From Hyphomicrobiaceae bacterium (GTDB taxonomy: Bacteria > Pseudomonadota > Alphaproteobacteria > Rhizobiales > Hyphomicrobiaceae): 64,000 bases of DNA. The position numbers and the translations under genes are program-made. The notes below the pieces were generated by a model. The model saw only the letters and a list, made by a program, of their open reading frames with translations. It was not told the DNA's origin and did no database searches. The stretch spans positions 4,833,804 to 4,897,803 of the forward strand of contig CBDCWE010000003.1 of assembly GCA_965223355.1 (NCBI GenBank). The letters are read 5' to 3'. Each line of letters opens with the position of its first letter. Position 1 is the stretch's first letter. Below, piece by piece: positions 45,433-54,724 of the stretch.

Positions 45433-46485
45433 GTGAAAAGTTTGAAATTTACGCTCCTCGCAAGTGCCGGCGCACTTGCACTTGCTGGCCCGGTGACGTT
45501 TACAACTGCCGCCGGCGCGCAAGACGTCAAGGGACCGAAGGTCAACTGGAAGCTGTCGCTGTGGGGCAAGCGCCGCGCATTCACCGAAGGCATGGAATTT
45601 GTCTCGGCTGAAGTTGCCAAGCGCACCGGCGGCAACTTCACGATCAAGCTGTTCTATGGTGAGCAACTCTCCAAGAGCAAGCAGAACCTCGACAACCTGA
45701 GCATTGGGGCGTTCGAAGCTGCAACGTTCTGCGCTGCCTATCACCCGGGCAAGAACGCACCGCTGAACGTGCTCGACTTGCCGTTCCTGCCGCTCGCCGA
45801 CTTCGGTGTGATGCGCAAGGTCCACGACGCCGTCTATGCGCACCCTGCATCGAAGAAGGCTCTGGCCAAGTGGAAGGCCCACATTTACATGTCCAATATT
45901 CTTCCTCAGTATGAATATATGGGCAAGGGCAAGGCCCCGCAGGCCGTGTCCGACTTCAAAGGCAAGCGTCTGCGCGCGCTCGGTGGAATGGGTGCTGCCG
46001 CCCGCCTGATCGGCGCAACACCATCGACGATGCCGGCATCGGAAACCTACACCGCACTACAGCGCGGCACGGTTGATGCGATCGGCTTCCCCTATAGCTA
46101 CACCTTCGCCGCCTACAAGCTCGACGAAGTCGCCGACTGGGTGACCACCAACATGAAGCTCGGCACCGTCAACTGCCCGACGGCATTCAACACGGATGCT
46201 TATGCCAAGCTTCCTGACCAGTATAAGAAGCTGCTGGAAGACCTGAAGGACGGTGCCTATAAGGCGATCAACGATGCCTACGTCGAAAAGGACAAGAAAA
46301 ACGAAGCAAAGTGGGGCGCTTCGGACAGCCGCGTCAAGATGATCAAGATCCCTGAAGACCAGATGACCGAGTTCCGCAAGATTGCAGGCAAGCCGGTTTG
46401 GGATAAGTGGGTTGCCGACAACAAGGGCAAGATCCCGTCCCAGGAGCTGCTCGACTTGGTCATGAAGACCGCCGGCGTCAACTAG
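45433..46485 (+). CDS. TRAP transporter substrate-binding protein (DctP family)
   Basis: GTG at 45433 is preceded by GGGAGGA. It has a signal peptide (KSLKFTLLASAGALALAGPVTFTTAAGAQ). The next two genes are DctQ/DctM-type. Confidence 0.8.
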   Translation: MKSLKFTLLASAGALALAGPVTFTTAAGAQDVKGPKVNWKLSLWGKRRAFTEGMEFVSAEVAKRTGGNFTIKLFYGEQLSKSKQNLDNLSIGAFEAATFCAAYHPGKNAPLNVLDLPFLPLADFGVMRKVHDAVYAHPASKKALAKWKAHIYMSNILPQYEYMGKGKAPQAVSDFKGKRLRALGGMGAAARLIGATPSTMPASETYTALQRGTVDAIGFPYSYTFAAYKLDEVADWVTTNMKLGTVNCPTAFNTDAYAKLPDQYKKLLEDLKDGAYKAINDAYVEKDKKNEAKWGASDSRVKMIKIPEDQMTEFRKIAGKPVWDKWVADNKGKIPSQELLDLVMKTAGVN

Positions 46486-46715
46486 GCGGTCAAATCCCCT
46501 GGTGTTCTGGATCACCCGCTTGCGTCCAGTGCCAAGTTCCAGGATCAAGTGGAGCAATCTTTGTTGCTTCAGAACACACACAAAAGCTCAGCTGGTGTTC
46601 CGGCGGAGACGCTTGGAAACCAGGTGTTGGTGAAGGAACACCGGCATCGGGCCAACCGGCAGGTCTGGCCCGATGACTCATCTGACATCTACAAAATCAA
46701 ATCGGCTCGGGTCGT

Positions 46716-47369
46716 ATGAACAGCTCTCCTGAACTGTCGCCTGGCGCGCGCATGCTCAAAGGCGTCGACGAGACCTTCTTTCGGTTGGAGAAATTCCTCA
46801 ATCTGATCGCAGCCCTCGTCATTCTTGCGATTATGCTGATTGGCACCTACCAGGTGTTCGGCCGCAAGTTGCTCAACACACCGGTCCCGGGCTATGTGGA
46901 CTGGATCGAAATGATCATGACGGTGTTTGCCTTCGTGGCGATCTCGTACACGCAGCGGCTTGGCGGCCATGTGCGGATGGAAATCATCCTCGGTCGCATG
47001 CAGGGCCGCTTGCTTTACTTTTTCGAGATTTTCGGGACGCTCTGTGCGATCTTCATTGTCGCTGTGCTCGGCTACTATGGTTACGAGCACTTCCTGCGCG
47101 CCTTCGAAATCGGCGATAGTACGATCGACATCGAGCTGCCGGTGTGGCCATCGAAACTGCTGGTCCCGTTTGCCTTCGGTGTCCTGCTCATCCGCCTGTT
47201 TATTCAGCTCATCGGTTTTGTTCGGCTGTTCCTCGATCCTGACGCGGAACCGATCGGCGTGCCAAAAATCGAGACCGTCGATGAACAGGCACAACATGAA
47301 ATCGATGCCGGTCTTGCCGGTGAAGAAGAGAAGATCGATCTTCTCGGCAAGAAGGAAGGGGGGGCGTGA
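46716..47369 (+). CDS. TRAP transporter small permease (DctQ family) with extended C-terminal tail
   Basis: Four TM segments followed by an acidic tail. It has a 4-nt overlap with the large permease gene. Confidence 0.75.
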   Translation: MNSSPELSPGARMLKGVDETFFRLEKFLNLIAALVILAIMLIGTYQVFGRKLLNTPVPGYVDWIEMIMTVFAFVAISYTQRLGGHVRMEIILGRMQGRLLYFFEIFGTLCAIFIVAVLGYYGYEHFLRAFEIGDSTIDIELPVWPSKLLVPFAFGVLLIRLFIQLIGFVRLFLDPDAEPIGVPKIETVDEQAQHEIDAGLAGEEEKIDLLGKKEGGA

Positions 47370-48703
47370 TGGACGAGTTTACCGTTGGATTGCTCGTAAC
47401 TAGCGGCCTGCTTGTTGCGGTTTTCCTTGGCGTGCGGGTCTATGTTGCCGCATCGCTTGCCGGCCTCATTGGACTGATCGCGCTGCGCCTTGCAGGCGGT
47501 GAGTCGTTCGAAGATGCCTGGCGTATTGGCGGCGGGATTGTCGGTACGATCCCGCACGGCAAGTCGGTCAACTACGTGTTGAGCGTGCTGCCGATGTTCA
47601 TCCTGATCGGCTTTATCGCCTACCACGCCGGCCTGACCCACGACCTGTTCAACGCGGCGAAGGCTTGGTTTGGATGGGTGCCCGGCGGTCTGGCGGTTGC
47701 CAGCGTGTTTGCGACCGCCGGCTTTGCTGCGGTCTCCGGGGCCAGTACGGCGACGGCGGCCGTGTTCAGCCGGGTCGCCATACCGCACATGCTCGAGAAC
47801 GGTTATGACCGAAGACTGGCAGCAGGGGTCGTCGCCGCCGGCGGCACGCTAGCATCGCTGATCCCGCCAAGCGCGATCTTGGTGATCTATGCGATCATCG
47901 TCGAAGAGTCGGTGGGAACACTCATTCTGGCGGGCTTTCTGCCGGGGATCGTGTCGGCAATCATCTATGCCTTGCTGATCATCGGGCAGTGCTCCTGGAA
48001 CCCTAAGTTGGGCCCGGCCATTGCTGCTCCGCCGATTGTCGAGCGGTTCGCAACGCTGCCCGGCACAATACCGATCTTTGCGGTTGTCGCGATCATCTTC
48101 TCGGCGATGGCGATGGGTTGGGCAACGCCGACCGAAGCCGGCGCGCTCGGCGCCTTCGTGGTGCTGCTGATCGCCCTTTATCGCGGCATGAAGTGGGCTT
48201 CGCTGCAGGAAGCCCTGCTGGAAACCGCGAAATTGACGGTGATGATCTTTGCGCTGATTTGGGGTGTTTTGATCTTCGTGCGGTTCTTGGGCTTTGCCGG
48301 TCTGCCGGAAGCGTTCGCAAACTGGATCATCTCGCTGCCCTATCCGCCGGTGGTGATTATGATCATGATCTTGCTTGGCTATGCCGTGCTGGGCATGTTC
48401 ATGGACGCCATCGGGATGCTGTTGCTGACCTTGCCGGTGGTCTATCCGGCTGTGATCGCACTGGGCTATGATCCGATCTGGTTCGGCATCATCGTCGTCA
48501 AGATGTGCGAGGTCTGCCTCATTACGCCGCCGGTTGGCCTCAACTGCTACGTGGTCTCGGCGGTCAGACCCGACATACCGTTGGGCGACGTGTTCCGCGG
48601 CATCTTCCCGTTCTTCCTGGCCGATGCGGCAACCGTTGCGCTGTTCCTGGCATTCCCGGAAATCGTCACCTGGTTGCCGAACTACGTCAATTCACTTGGT
48701 TAG
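47366..48703 (+). CDS. TRAP transporter large permease (DctM family)
   Basis: 445-aa polytopic protein. Its TAG stop lies inside the D-type motif TTAGTGGTCTCGATCACTAG. Confidence 0.85.
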   Translation: MMDEFTVGLLVTSGLLVAVFLGVRVYVAASLAGLIGLIALRLAGGESFEDAWRIGGGIVGTIPHGKSVNYVLSVLPMFILIGFIAYHAGLTHDLFNAAKAWFGWVPGGLAVASVFATAGFAAVSGASTATAAVFSRVAIPHMLENGYDRRLAAGVVAAGGTLASLIPPSAILVIYAIIVEESVGTLILAGFLPGIVSAIIYALLIIGQCSWNPKLGPAIAAPPIVERFATLPGTIPIFAVVAIIFSAMAMGWATPTEAGALGAFVVLLIALYRGMKWASLQEALLETAKLTVMIFALIWGVLIFVRFLGFAGLPEAFANWIISLPYPPVVIMIMILLGYAVLGMFMDAIGMLLLTLPVVYPAVIALGYDPIWFGIIVVKMCEVCLITPPVGLNCYVVSAVRPDIPLGDVFRGIFPFFLADAATVALFLAFPEIVTWLPNYVNSLG

Positions 48704-48860
48704 TGGTCTCGATCACTAGAAACCGCTGAACCAGCTTGGGGTCCAGGGGCCCCAGCCCCTGGTCGGGGTGTTTGAGGGGCGGACAGCCCCTCAAGGATCG
48801 CCGCAACGCGGCGATTGTAAGGGCGCTGCCCTCGACAATCCCGCCAAAGGCGGCCGGTTC
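48700..48860 (+). repeat. D-type motif copy 4 + B-type five-hairpin element copy B5
   Basis: TAGTGGTCTCGATCACTAG, then H1 at 48743-48762, H2 at 48774-48792, H3 at 48797-48815, H4 at 48817-48836, and a degenerate H5. Confidence 0.8.
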
Positions 48861-48911
48861 GAGCTAACTCTGTAACGCCCCAGATCATCGCGCCTGTCCT
48901 CGTCTCGAACC

Positions 48912-48944
48912 GAAGCGGTGCCAATTGGCGCCGCTTCAGTTTGT
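48912..48944 (+). terminator. candidate intrinsic terminator of the TRAP operon
   Basis: GAAGCGGTGCC-AATT-GGCGCCGCTTC (11-bp stem with one G-T position) followed by AGTTTGT. Confidence 0.45.
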
Positions 48945-49035
48945 ATATGCATATACTTGAAACAACTGGTTAAGCTCTCGTTCAACTAAGACGCTTACTT
49001 TTACAAACCAGCGCGATGTGTTTCGAGGTCTCGCG

Positions 49036-49584
49036 ATGGCGTTTGATTGGTTTGTAGTAGAAAATGATCCCGCACCGAAATTCGGATTTCGCTGTTCAGT
49101 GTGCGACGAGTTCCACAACGGCTCACCGTCGTTTGGATATGAGCACCCCCACTATTTTTACGCCGTTCCCGAGGCTGAACGCGCGCGACGGATCCTCAGC
49201 GACGAAGACAGCTGCATCATCGACGGTCGGCTGTTCCTGATCCGGACAGTTCTTGAAATCCCGATTGCCGGGGTCGACGAACCGTTTACCTGGGGCGTCT
49301 GGGTTACGCAAAGCGAGGCCAGTTTCACGCGTTACTGCGAGACCTTCGACCAGGATCAAAGCGGATTGAAGAGCTTCGGTTGGCTTCCCGTTGTGCTGCC
49401 GAGCTACACCGTTGACGTTGACCGTCCCGATCTGCTGGCCTGCGACGTCATTTGGGGCGCAACCGGTCAGCGCCCGACGCTCAAGCTCCATCCCGCCAAT
49501 AACATGCTTTATGAAGATCAACGCTACGGCATCACTTGGACGCGCGCCATGTGGTTGGCATGCCACACGTTGCATGGCATCTGA
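49036..49584 (+). CDS. DUF2199-family protein
   Basis: Start MAFDWFV. The CSVCDEFH ... PFTWGVWV pattern was recalled from DUF2199 and needs an HMM check. Confidence 0.6.
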   Translation: MAFDWFVVENDPAPKFGFRCSVCDEFHNGSPSFGYEHPHYFYAVPEAERARRILSDEDSCIIDGRLFLIRTVLEIPIAGVDEPFTWGVWVTQSEASFTRYCETFDQDQSGLKSFGWLPVVLPSYTVDVDRPDLLACDVIWGATGQRPTLKLHPANNMLYEDQRYGITWTRAMWLACHTLHGI

Positions 49585-49714
49585 GCGCCGATTGAGCCTC
49601 GACAGCGGGGCGCTGGACACGTGCCGGCCATCATGCCTCTTGAAGCCTCTTGCCAAGCCTTGCGCACAATGGTCGGATGGGTTGAGACCAACGGCAGTCG
49701 AGTTCTCATCCATC

Positions 49715-50446
49715 ATGGCAGTCCCACATATGATCGCAACCGGCGGCAAATCGATTTACAGCGCGAGCGTTGGCATTTTGATGCTTGATGCCAAGATTCC
49801 GCGCATTCTCGGCGACACAGGCAACGCGCTCACCTGGCCGTTTCCGGTGCACTACAAGATCGTCCGTGAGGCAACGCCAGAACGGGTGGTGTTGTGCCAA
49901 GCGGCAGGGACGCTCGACGCGTTCATCGATGCAGCGCGCGAGATGGTGGATGACGGTGTTGAGGGCATAACGACGACATGCGGTTTCCTATCGTTGATCC
50001 AGGACGAACTGCAGGCAGCCGTGCCGGTGCCGGTTGCCGCGTCATCCTTGATGCAGGTGGCGCTGGTCGCGGCGACGCTGCCGGCCGGCAAGCATCCGTC
50101 GGTGTTGACGATCTCTGCGGCATCGCTCACCGAGGCCCATCTCGCCGGTGCCGGCGCGCCGCTCGATACGCCGGTTGGCGGCGTCGATCCCAACGGCGAG
50201 TTTGCAACCAAAATCCTCCGCAACCACGAGACCCTGGATGTCACACGCTCACGCGAAGAGCTGATTGCCGGCGCCAAGGCCGTAGTCGAGCGCTATCCCA
50301 ACACCGGCGCCTTGATTCTCGAGTGCACCAACATGGTGCCCTACGCGGCCGCGGTCCGTGCGGCGATCGGCATTCCGGTCTACAGCATTTACAGTTTTGT
50401 TATCTGGTTCCAGGCCGGCCTCGCGCCGCGCCAGTTCACTGCATAG
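49715..50446 (+). CDS. Asp/Glu/hydantoin-racemase-family protein
   Basis: Internal ATG at 49715. Has ITTTCGF and LILECTNMVPYA, two Cys-containing motifs typical of this racemase/isomerase fold. Confidence 0.6.
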   Translation: MAVPHMIATGGKSIYSASVGILMLDAKIPRILGDTGNALTWPFPVHYKIVREATPERVVLCQAAGTLDAFIDAAREMVDDGVEGITTTCGFLSLIQDELQAAVPVPVAASSLMQVALVAATLPAGKHPSVLTISAASLTEAHLAGAGAPLDTPVGGVDPNGEFATKILRNHETLDVTRSREELIAGAKAVVERYPNTGALILECTNMVPYAAAVRAAIGIPVYSIYSFVIWFQAGLAPRQFTA

Positions 50447-50479
50447 CCTGTCAAACCACGGCAAGCGCCAACCAAGGTG

Positions 50480-50625
50480 CGGGTTTCCAAAGGGCAATGC
50501 CCTTTGGCGGGATCGGCAACGGCGGCGCCCTTAACATATCGCCGCCCTGCGGCGATCTATGAGGGGCTTTCAGCCCCTCAAACTCCCCGACCAGGGGACC
50601 CATCCCCTGGACTTGTTTAGGGTCC
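50480..50625 (-). repeat. B-type five-hairpin mosaic element, copy B6 (H5 to H1 on + strand)
   Basis: H5 at 50487-50507, a half H4, H3 at 50538-50556, H2 at 50561-50579, and H1 at 50591-50610. Confidence 0.85.
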
Positions 50626-50638
50626 TCAGCCCTGACAT

Positions 50639-51316
50639 TCAGCGCATTGCCTGCTCGGCGCGGCCATGGAGCAGGGCCGCACGCGCTAAAATGTAGAGCA
50701 GCGTGGCGTTGAGAACGTGCCAGATGAAATGGCTGCCGATCATGCCGGTGGCTGCACAAATGTCGCGGTCGATGGTGCGGGCGGTGAGCGATACGGCAAA
50801 GATCACGCCGGCGCCCAACACGCTCCAGCCGGCCGCATGCTGGCGCCAGATAAGCCAGGCGCCAATGATGACGAGCGCGGTAAATGCCGGGAAATAGGCG
50901 AGCGAGCCATTGAAGCATGGGCCGCCGTCACAGCGCGCGACGCTGGTCTGCCAGAGCGAGATGAAGAAGGCTGCGAGAACCACGAACGTCAACACCCATC
51001 CGAGGCCGACGTAGCGGCGCAAGGCATAGCCCAGATACGAGACCATAAAGATGCCGATCGGAACCACGTCGGCGATTGCCGACCAGGGTTCCGCAAAGGT
51101 GTGGAACAGGAAGCTGCCAATGCCCATGGCGTAAATCAGCAGCACCAGGAAACCTTCGAACATGCCGCGCTGGCCGGGCGCTGCCTGCAGCCACAGACGG
51201 GTCGCGAGGACGGCGGCGATGATGAACGCCGCGTTGGTGACGGCGTTTAGCGGTTCGGCCCAGAATGTCGGGTCCTGAGCACGCTCACAGTAGGCGAAGA
51301 TCTTCTGAAACATCAC
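50639..51316 (-). CDS. ceramidase-family (alkaline phytoceramidase-like) membrane protein
   Basis: YCE..DPTFWAEPLNAVTNAAF at the N-terminus, seven TM segments, and conserved His residues. Confidence 0.6.
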   Translation of the reverse strand: MMFQKIFAYCERAQDPTFWAEPLNAVTNAAFIIAAVLATRLWLQAAPGQRGMFEGFLVLLIYAMGIGSFLFHTFAEPWSAIADVVPIGIFMVSYLGYALRRYVGLGWVLTFVVLAAFFISLWQTSVARCDGGPCFNGSLAYFPAFTALVIIGAWLIWRQHAAGWSVLGAGVIFAVSLTARTIDRDICAATGMIGSHFIWHVLNATLLYILARAALLHGRAEQAMR

Positions 51317-51364
51317 CCATCACTCCCACCATTGCCGGGCTCAAACGGCCACCCGCCGCGCGGA

Positions 51365-53158
51365 TCAGCCGGTCTTTGCGGCGGCCGCTGAAATTCTGAG
51401 GCCGAGTTCGCGCAACTGCGAGGGGGCAACTTCGCTTGGCGCGCCCATCAGAAGGTCGCTTGCCTGTTGGTTCATCGGAAACAGCGACACCTCACGCAGG
51501 TTCTTGGCGCCGACCAGCAGCATCACGATGCGGTCGATGCCGGCCGCCATACCACCGTGCGGCGGGGCGCCGTACTGAAACGCACGGTACATGCCACCGA
51601 AACGTTCCTGGAGGATGCTTTCCTCGTAGCCGGCGATGGCGAAGGCCTTGACCATGACGTCCGGCAAGTGGTTGCGGATGGCACCTGACGCGATCTCGAA
51701 GCCGTTGCACACGAAGTCGTACTGATAGGCTTTGAGCGCGATCCGCTCTTGATCGGTTTGAGCGCCCTCCAGTGCCGCGAGACCGCCTTGCGGCATCGAG
51801 AAGGGGTTGTGGGAGAAATCGATCTTGTTGTCGTCCTCGTTCCACTCATACATTGGAAAATCGACGATCCAGGCCAGTTCAAACCGATCCGTGTCGATCA
51901 GTTCCAGTTCCGTGCCAATGCGCGCGCGCGCATCGCCGGCGAACTTGGCGAAGTTTTCGGGCCGGCCGGCGGCGAAGAACACGGCATCGCCGTCCTTCAG
52001 GCCGAGTTGGGCGGCGACTGCAGCGGTGCGTTCCGGTCCAATGTTCTTGGCAATGGGCCCGGCACCTTCGCCGTCGCGCCAAAAGATGTAGCCGAGGCCG
52101 GGCTGGCCTTCACCCTGCGCCCAGTTGTTCATGCGATCGCAGAACGCGCGGCTGCCGCCGGTCGGTGCCGGAATGGCGCGCACGCGGACCTTGTCATCGC
52201 TCTCGATCATGCCGGCAAAGATCTTGAAACCGGAGCCGCGGAAGTGCTCGGTGACATCCTGCATTTCGATCGGGTTTCTGAGGTCCGGCTTGTCGGTACC
52301 GTACTTGACCATGGCCTCCTCGAACGAGATCAACGGGATCTCCTCGCTGACCGTCTTGGCGCCCGCGAACTCCTTGAAGACATCGCGCAGGATCGGCCCC
52401 ATGGTCGCAAACACCTCGGCCTGCTCGACAAAGCTCATCTCGACGTCGAGTTGGTAGAATTCGCCCGGCAAGCGGTCGGCACGAGGGTCTTCATCGCGAA
52501 AGCACGGGGCGATCTGAAAATAACGATCAAAGCCCGACATCATGACGAGTTGCTTATACTGCTGAGGAGCCTGCGGCAGTGCATAGAACCGGCCCTGATG
52601 GATGCGGCTCGGCACCAGAAAGTCGCGCGCGCCCTCCGGCGAGGAAGCGGTCAGGATCGGCGTCGCAAACTCGAAAAAGCCGGCCTCGTTCATGCGCTCG
52701 CGGATCGATTTTACGATCGCGATACGGCGCATGATGTTGGCGTGGAGACTATCGCGTCTAAGATCGAGAAAGCGGTATTGCAGGCGCAGATCTTCCGGAT
52801 AGTCCGGCTCGCCGAACACCGGAACAGGCAGTTCCTTGGCGGCCGAGAGGACCTCGATTTCGCTTGCAAAGAGCTCGACTTCGCCGGTCGGCAGGTCCGG
52901 GTTGACAGTGCCGTCCGGGCGCTCGCGGACGCGGCCGTCGACGCGGATCACCCACTCCGAGCGCACCTCTTCCGCAGCCGCAAAGGCGCCGCTGTCAGGG
53001 TCTGCCACCACCTGTGTAATGCCGTAGTGATCTCGCAAATCGATAAACAGCACGCCGCCGTGGTCGCGCACGCGATGAACCCAGCCCGACAGGCGGGCGT
53101 TGTCGCCAATGTCGTCGACGCGCAAGGCGCCGCAGGTGTGGGATCGGTATCGGTGCAT
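51365..53158 (-). CDS. aspS: aspartate--tRNA ligase
   Basis: Start trimmed to [12 protein letters not shown]. Has an OB-fold N-terminus, class II motifs ([19 protein letters not shown]) and an inserted GAD domain. Confidence 0.95.
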   Translation of the reverse strand: MHRYRSHTCGALRVDDIGDNARLSGWVHRVRDHGGVLFIDLRDHYGITQVVADPDSGAFAAAEEVRSEWVIRVDGRVRERPDGTVNPDLPTGEVELFASEIEVLSAAKELPVPVFGEPDYPEDLRLQYRFLDLRRDSLHANIMRRIAIVKSIRERMNEAGFFEFATPILTASSPEGARDFLVPSRIHQGRFYALPQAPQQYKQLVMMSGFDRYFQIAPCFRDEDPRADRLPGEFYQLDVEMSFVEQAEVFATMGPILRDVFKEFAGAKTVSEEIPLISFEEAMVKYGTDKPDLRNPIEMQDVTEHFRGSGFKIFAGMIESDDKVRVRAIPAPTGGSRAFCDRMNNWAQGEGQPGLGYIFWRDGEGAGPIAKNIGPERTAAVAAQLGLKDGDAVFFAAGRPENFAKFAGDARARIGTELELIDTDRFELAWIVDFPMYEWNEDDNKIDFSHNPFSMPQGGLAALEGAQTDQERIALKAYQYDFVCNGFEIASGAIRNHLPDVMVKAFAIAGYEESILQERFGGMYRAFQYGAPPHGGMAAGIDRIVMLLVGAKNLREVSLFPMNQQASDLLMGAPSEVAPSQLRELGLRISAAAAKTG

Positions 53159-53390
53159 GGTGTTACCGTTCTGTTCTGCCGTGTCCAGATTGATTTGGCC
53201 GCACTGCGACGCCCCGACCGCCACCTCAATACGGCAACGGCGCGGGTTGCGGGCAAATGCGCACGGGAGAAGCGCACGCAGGCCAGGCGATGTCAAGGCG
53301 ACAGCGCCGTCGTCACCATATCAGCGGCTGCGATGCGATATAGCAGCGTTGGAGGGCGACAGGCCCGAAAACGTGATGTATAGGCAGGTT

Positions 53391-54539
53391 ATGCGTTTCA
53401 TCATCGATTCGGAACAACTTGAGGCGGTTTGCGAGACGCTGTCTCAGCAGGAATTCGTCACGGTCGACACCGAGTTCCTCCGAGAGCAGACTTTCTGGCC
53501 GCAGCTTTGCCTCATTCAGATGGCGGCGCCGGGTAAGGAGGTCGTTGTCGATCCACTCGCGGACAACATCGATCTCGACCCGTTTTACCGGCTGATGGCG
53601 AATCCCGGGGTGACCAAAGTTTTCCATGCCGGACGCCAGGATATCGAGATCGTCTACGCTGCGGCCGGAATCATTCCGGCACCGTTGTTCGATACGCAGG
53701 TAGCAGCGATGGTGTGCGGCTTTGGCGAGTCGATCGGCTACGTCAACCTTGTCAAGAAAGTTCTCGGCACGGATCTCGATAAGGGCGCGCGGTTTACCGA
53801 TTGGAGCCGTCGACCATTGAGCGACAAGCAGCTCAGCTATGCCTTGGCCGACGTCACGTACCTGCGCGACATTTACGGCTTTCTGGTGGAACAACTCGAG
53901 GCGTCCGGCCGCTCGCATTGGCTATCGGAAGAAATGGCGACGCTGACGTCGCCCGACACCTACCGCGCCGAACCGGCCGATGCCTGGAAGCGGTTGAAAA
54001 TGCGGGTCAAGAACAAGCGCTCGCTGGCCGTGCTGATGGAATTGGCAGCATGGCGGGAGGTTACCGCACAATCCCAGAACGTGCCGCGCAGCCGCGTGCT
54101 CAGGGATGAAGCGCTCTACGACATCGCAAACCAGGCGCCGGCCAGTATCGAGCGGCTCGGGACGCTGCGCACGCTAAGCCAGGGTTTCGCCAGGTCGGCC
54201 CGCGCGCACGCGATCATTGCAGCCGTCAAGCGCGGGCGCGAACGCGATCTAAGCGATGTTCCCGCGATGCCCAATGGCCGGCAACTTTCAGCCCAAGCAT
54301 CGGCGTTTGTTGATTTGTTGCGCGTGCTTCTCAAAGCCAATGCAGCGCGCCACGGTGTCGCTCCCAAACTGATTGCCGACTCGAGCGACCTTGAGGCGAT
54401 CGCCACCTCGGACGAGCCGGACGTTGCAGCGCTCAAAGGATGGCGGCGGGAGCTGTTCGGGGAGGATGCAATGCGCCTCAAGCAGGGCCTCACCGCACTG
54501 ACCGTTGAGAAGGGCGGCGTCGTCGCAGTCGAACGGTAG
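53391..54539 (+). CDS. rnd: ribonuclease D
   Basis: Start trimmed to MRFIIDSEQL. Has the DEDD exonuclease motifs VTVDTEF, FHAGRQD and YALADV, plus an HRDC region. Confidence 0.9.
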   Translation: MRFIIDSEQLEAVCETLSQQEFVTVDTEFLREQTFWPQLCLIQMAAPGKEVVVDPLADNIDLDPFYRLMANPGVTKVFHAGRQDIEIVYAAAGIIPAPLFDTQVAAMVCGFGESIGYVNLVKKVLGTDLDKGARFTDWSRRPLSDKQLSYALADVTYLRDIYGFLVEQLEASGRSHWLSEEMATLTSPDTYRAEPADAWKRLKMRVKNKRSLAVLMELAAWREVTAQSQNVPRSRVLRDEALYDIANQAPASIERLGTLRTLSQGFARSARAHAIIAAVKRGRERDLSDVPAMPNGRQLSAQASAFVDLLRVLLKANAARHGVAPKLIADSSDLEAIATSDEPDVAALKGWRRELFGEDAMRLKQGLTALTVEKGGVVAVER

Positions 54540-54623
54540 TCTGTCGCAACCAGTGCCTCGGCCGGGCCCCGGTATCGTTTTCCACGTTGACGAATGAGGC
54601 AAAATCAAATCTCGGGCGCGCGC

Positions 54624-54724
54624 GGGATGGTTCGGGCCAACTCTGAAACGCCATACATCTGAAACGCTGTAAGCCTGAAACGCTGTAAGTCTGAAACACT
54701 ATAGATCAGAGTTGTTGCTCTAAG
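54624..54724 (+). repeat. C-type repeat with four tandem 16-mers (CTGAAACGCTGTAAGY) closed by the stem CAACTCTG/CAGAGTTG
   Basis: The units lie at 54643-54658, 54659-54674, 54675-54690 and 54691-54706. The terminal GCTCTAAG carries the TAG stop of the cbpA-like gene. Confidence 0.8.

Noticed and set aside
51749-53383. 544-aa ORF antisense to aspS
   Set aside because: aspS on the minus strand is unambiguous, and this ORF is its GC-driven shadow.
54643-54706. Tandem 16-mers considered as a possible mini-CRISPR array
   Set aside because: The units are directly adjacent with no spacers and are far shorter than CRISPR repeats. No cas genes or leader are present.
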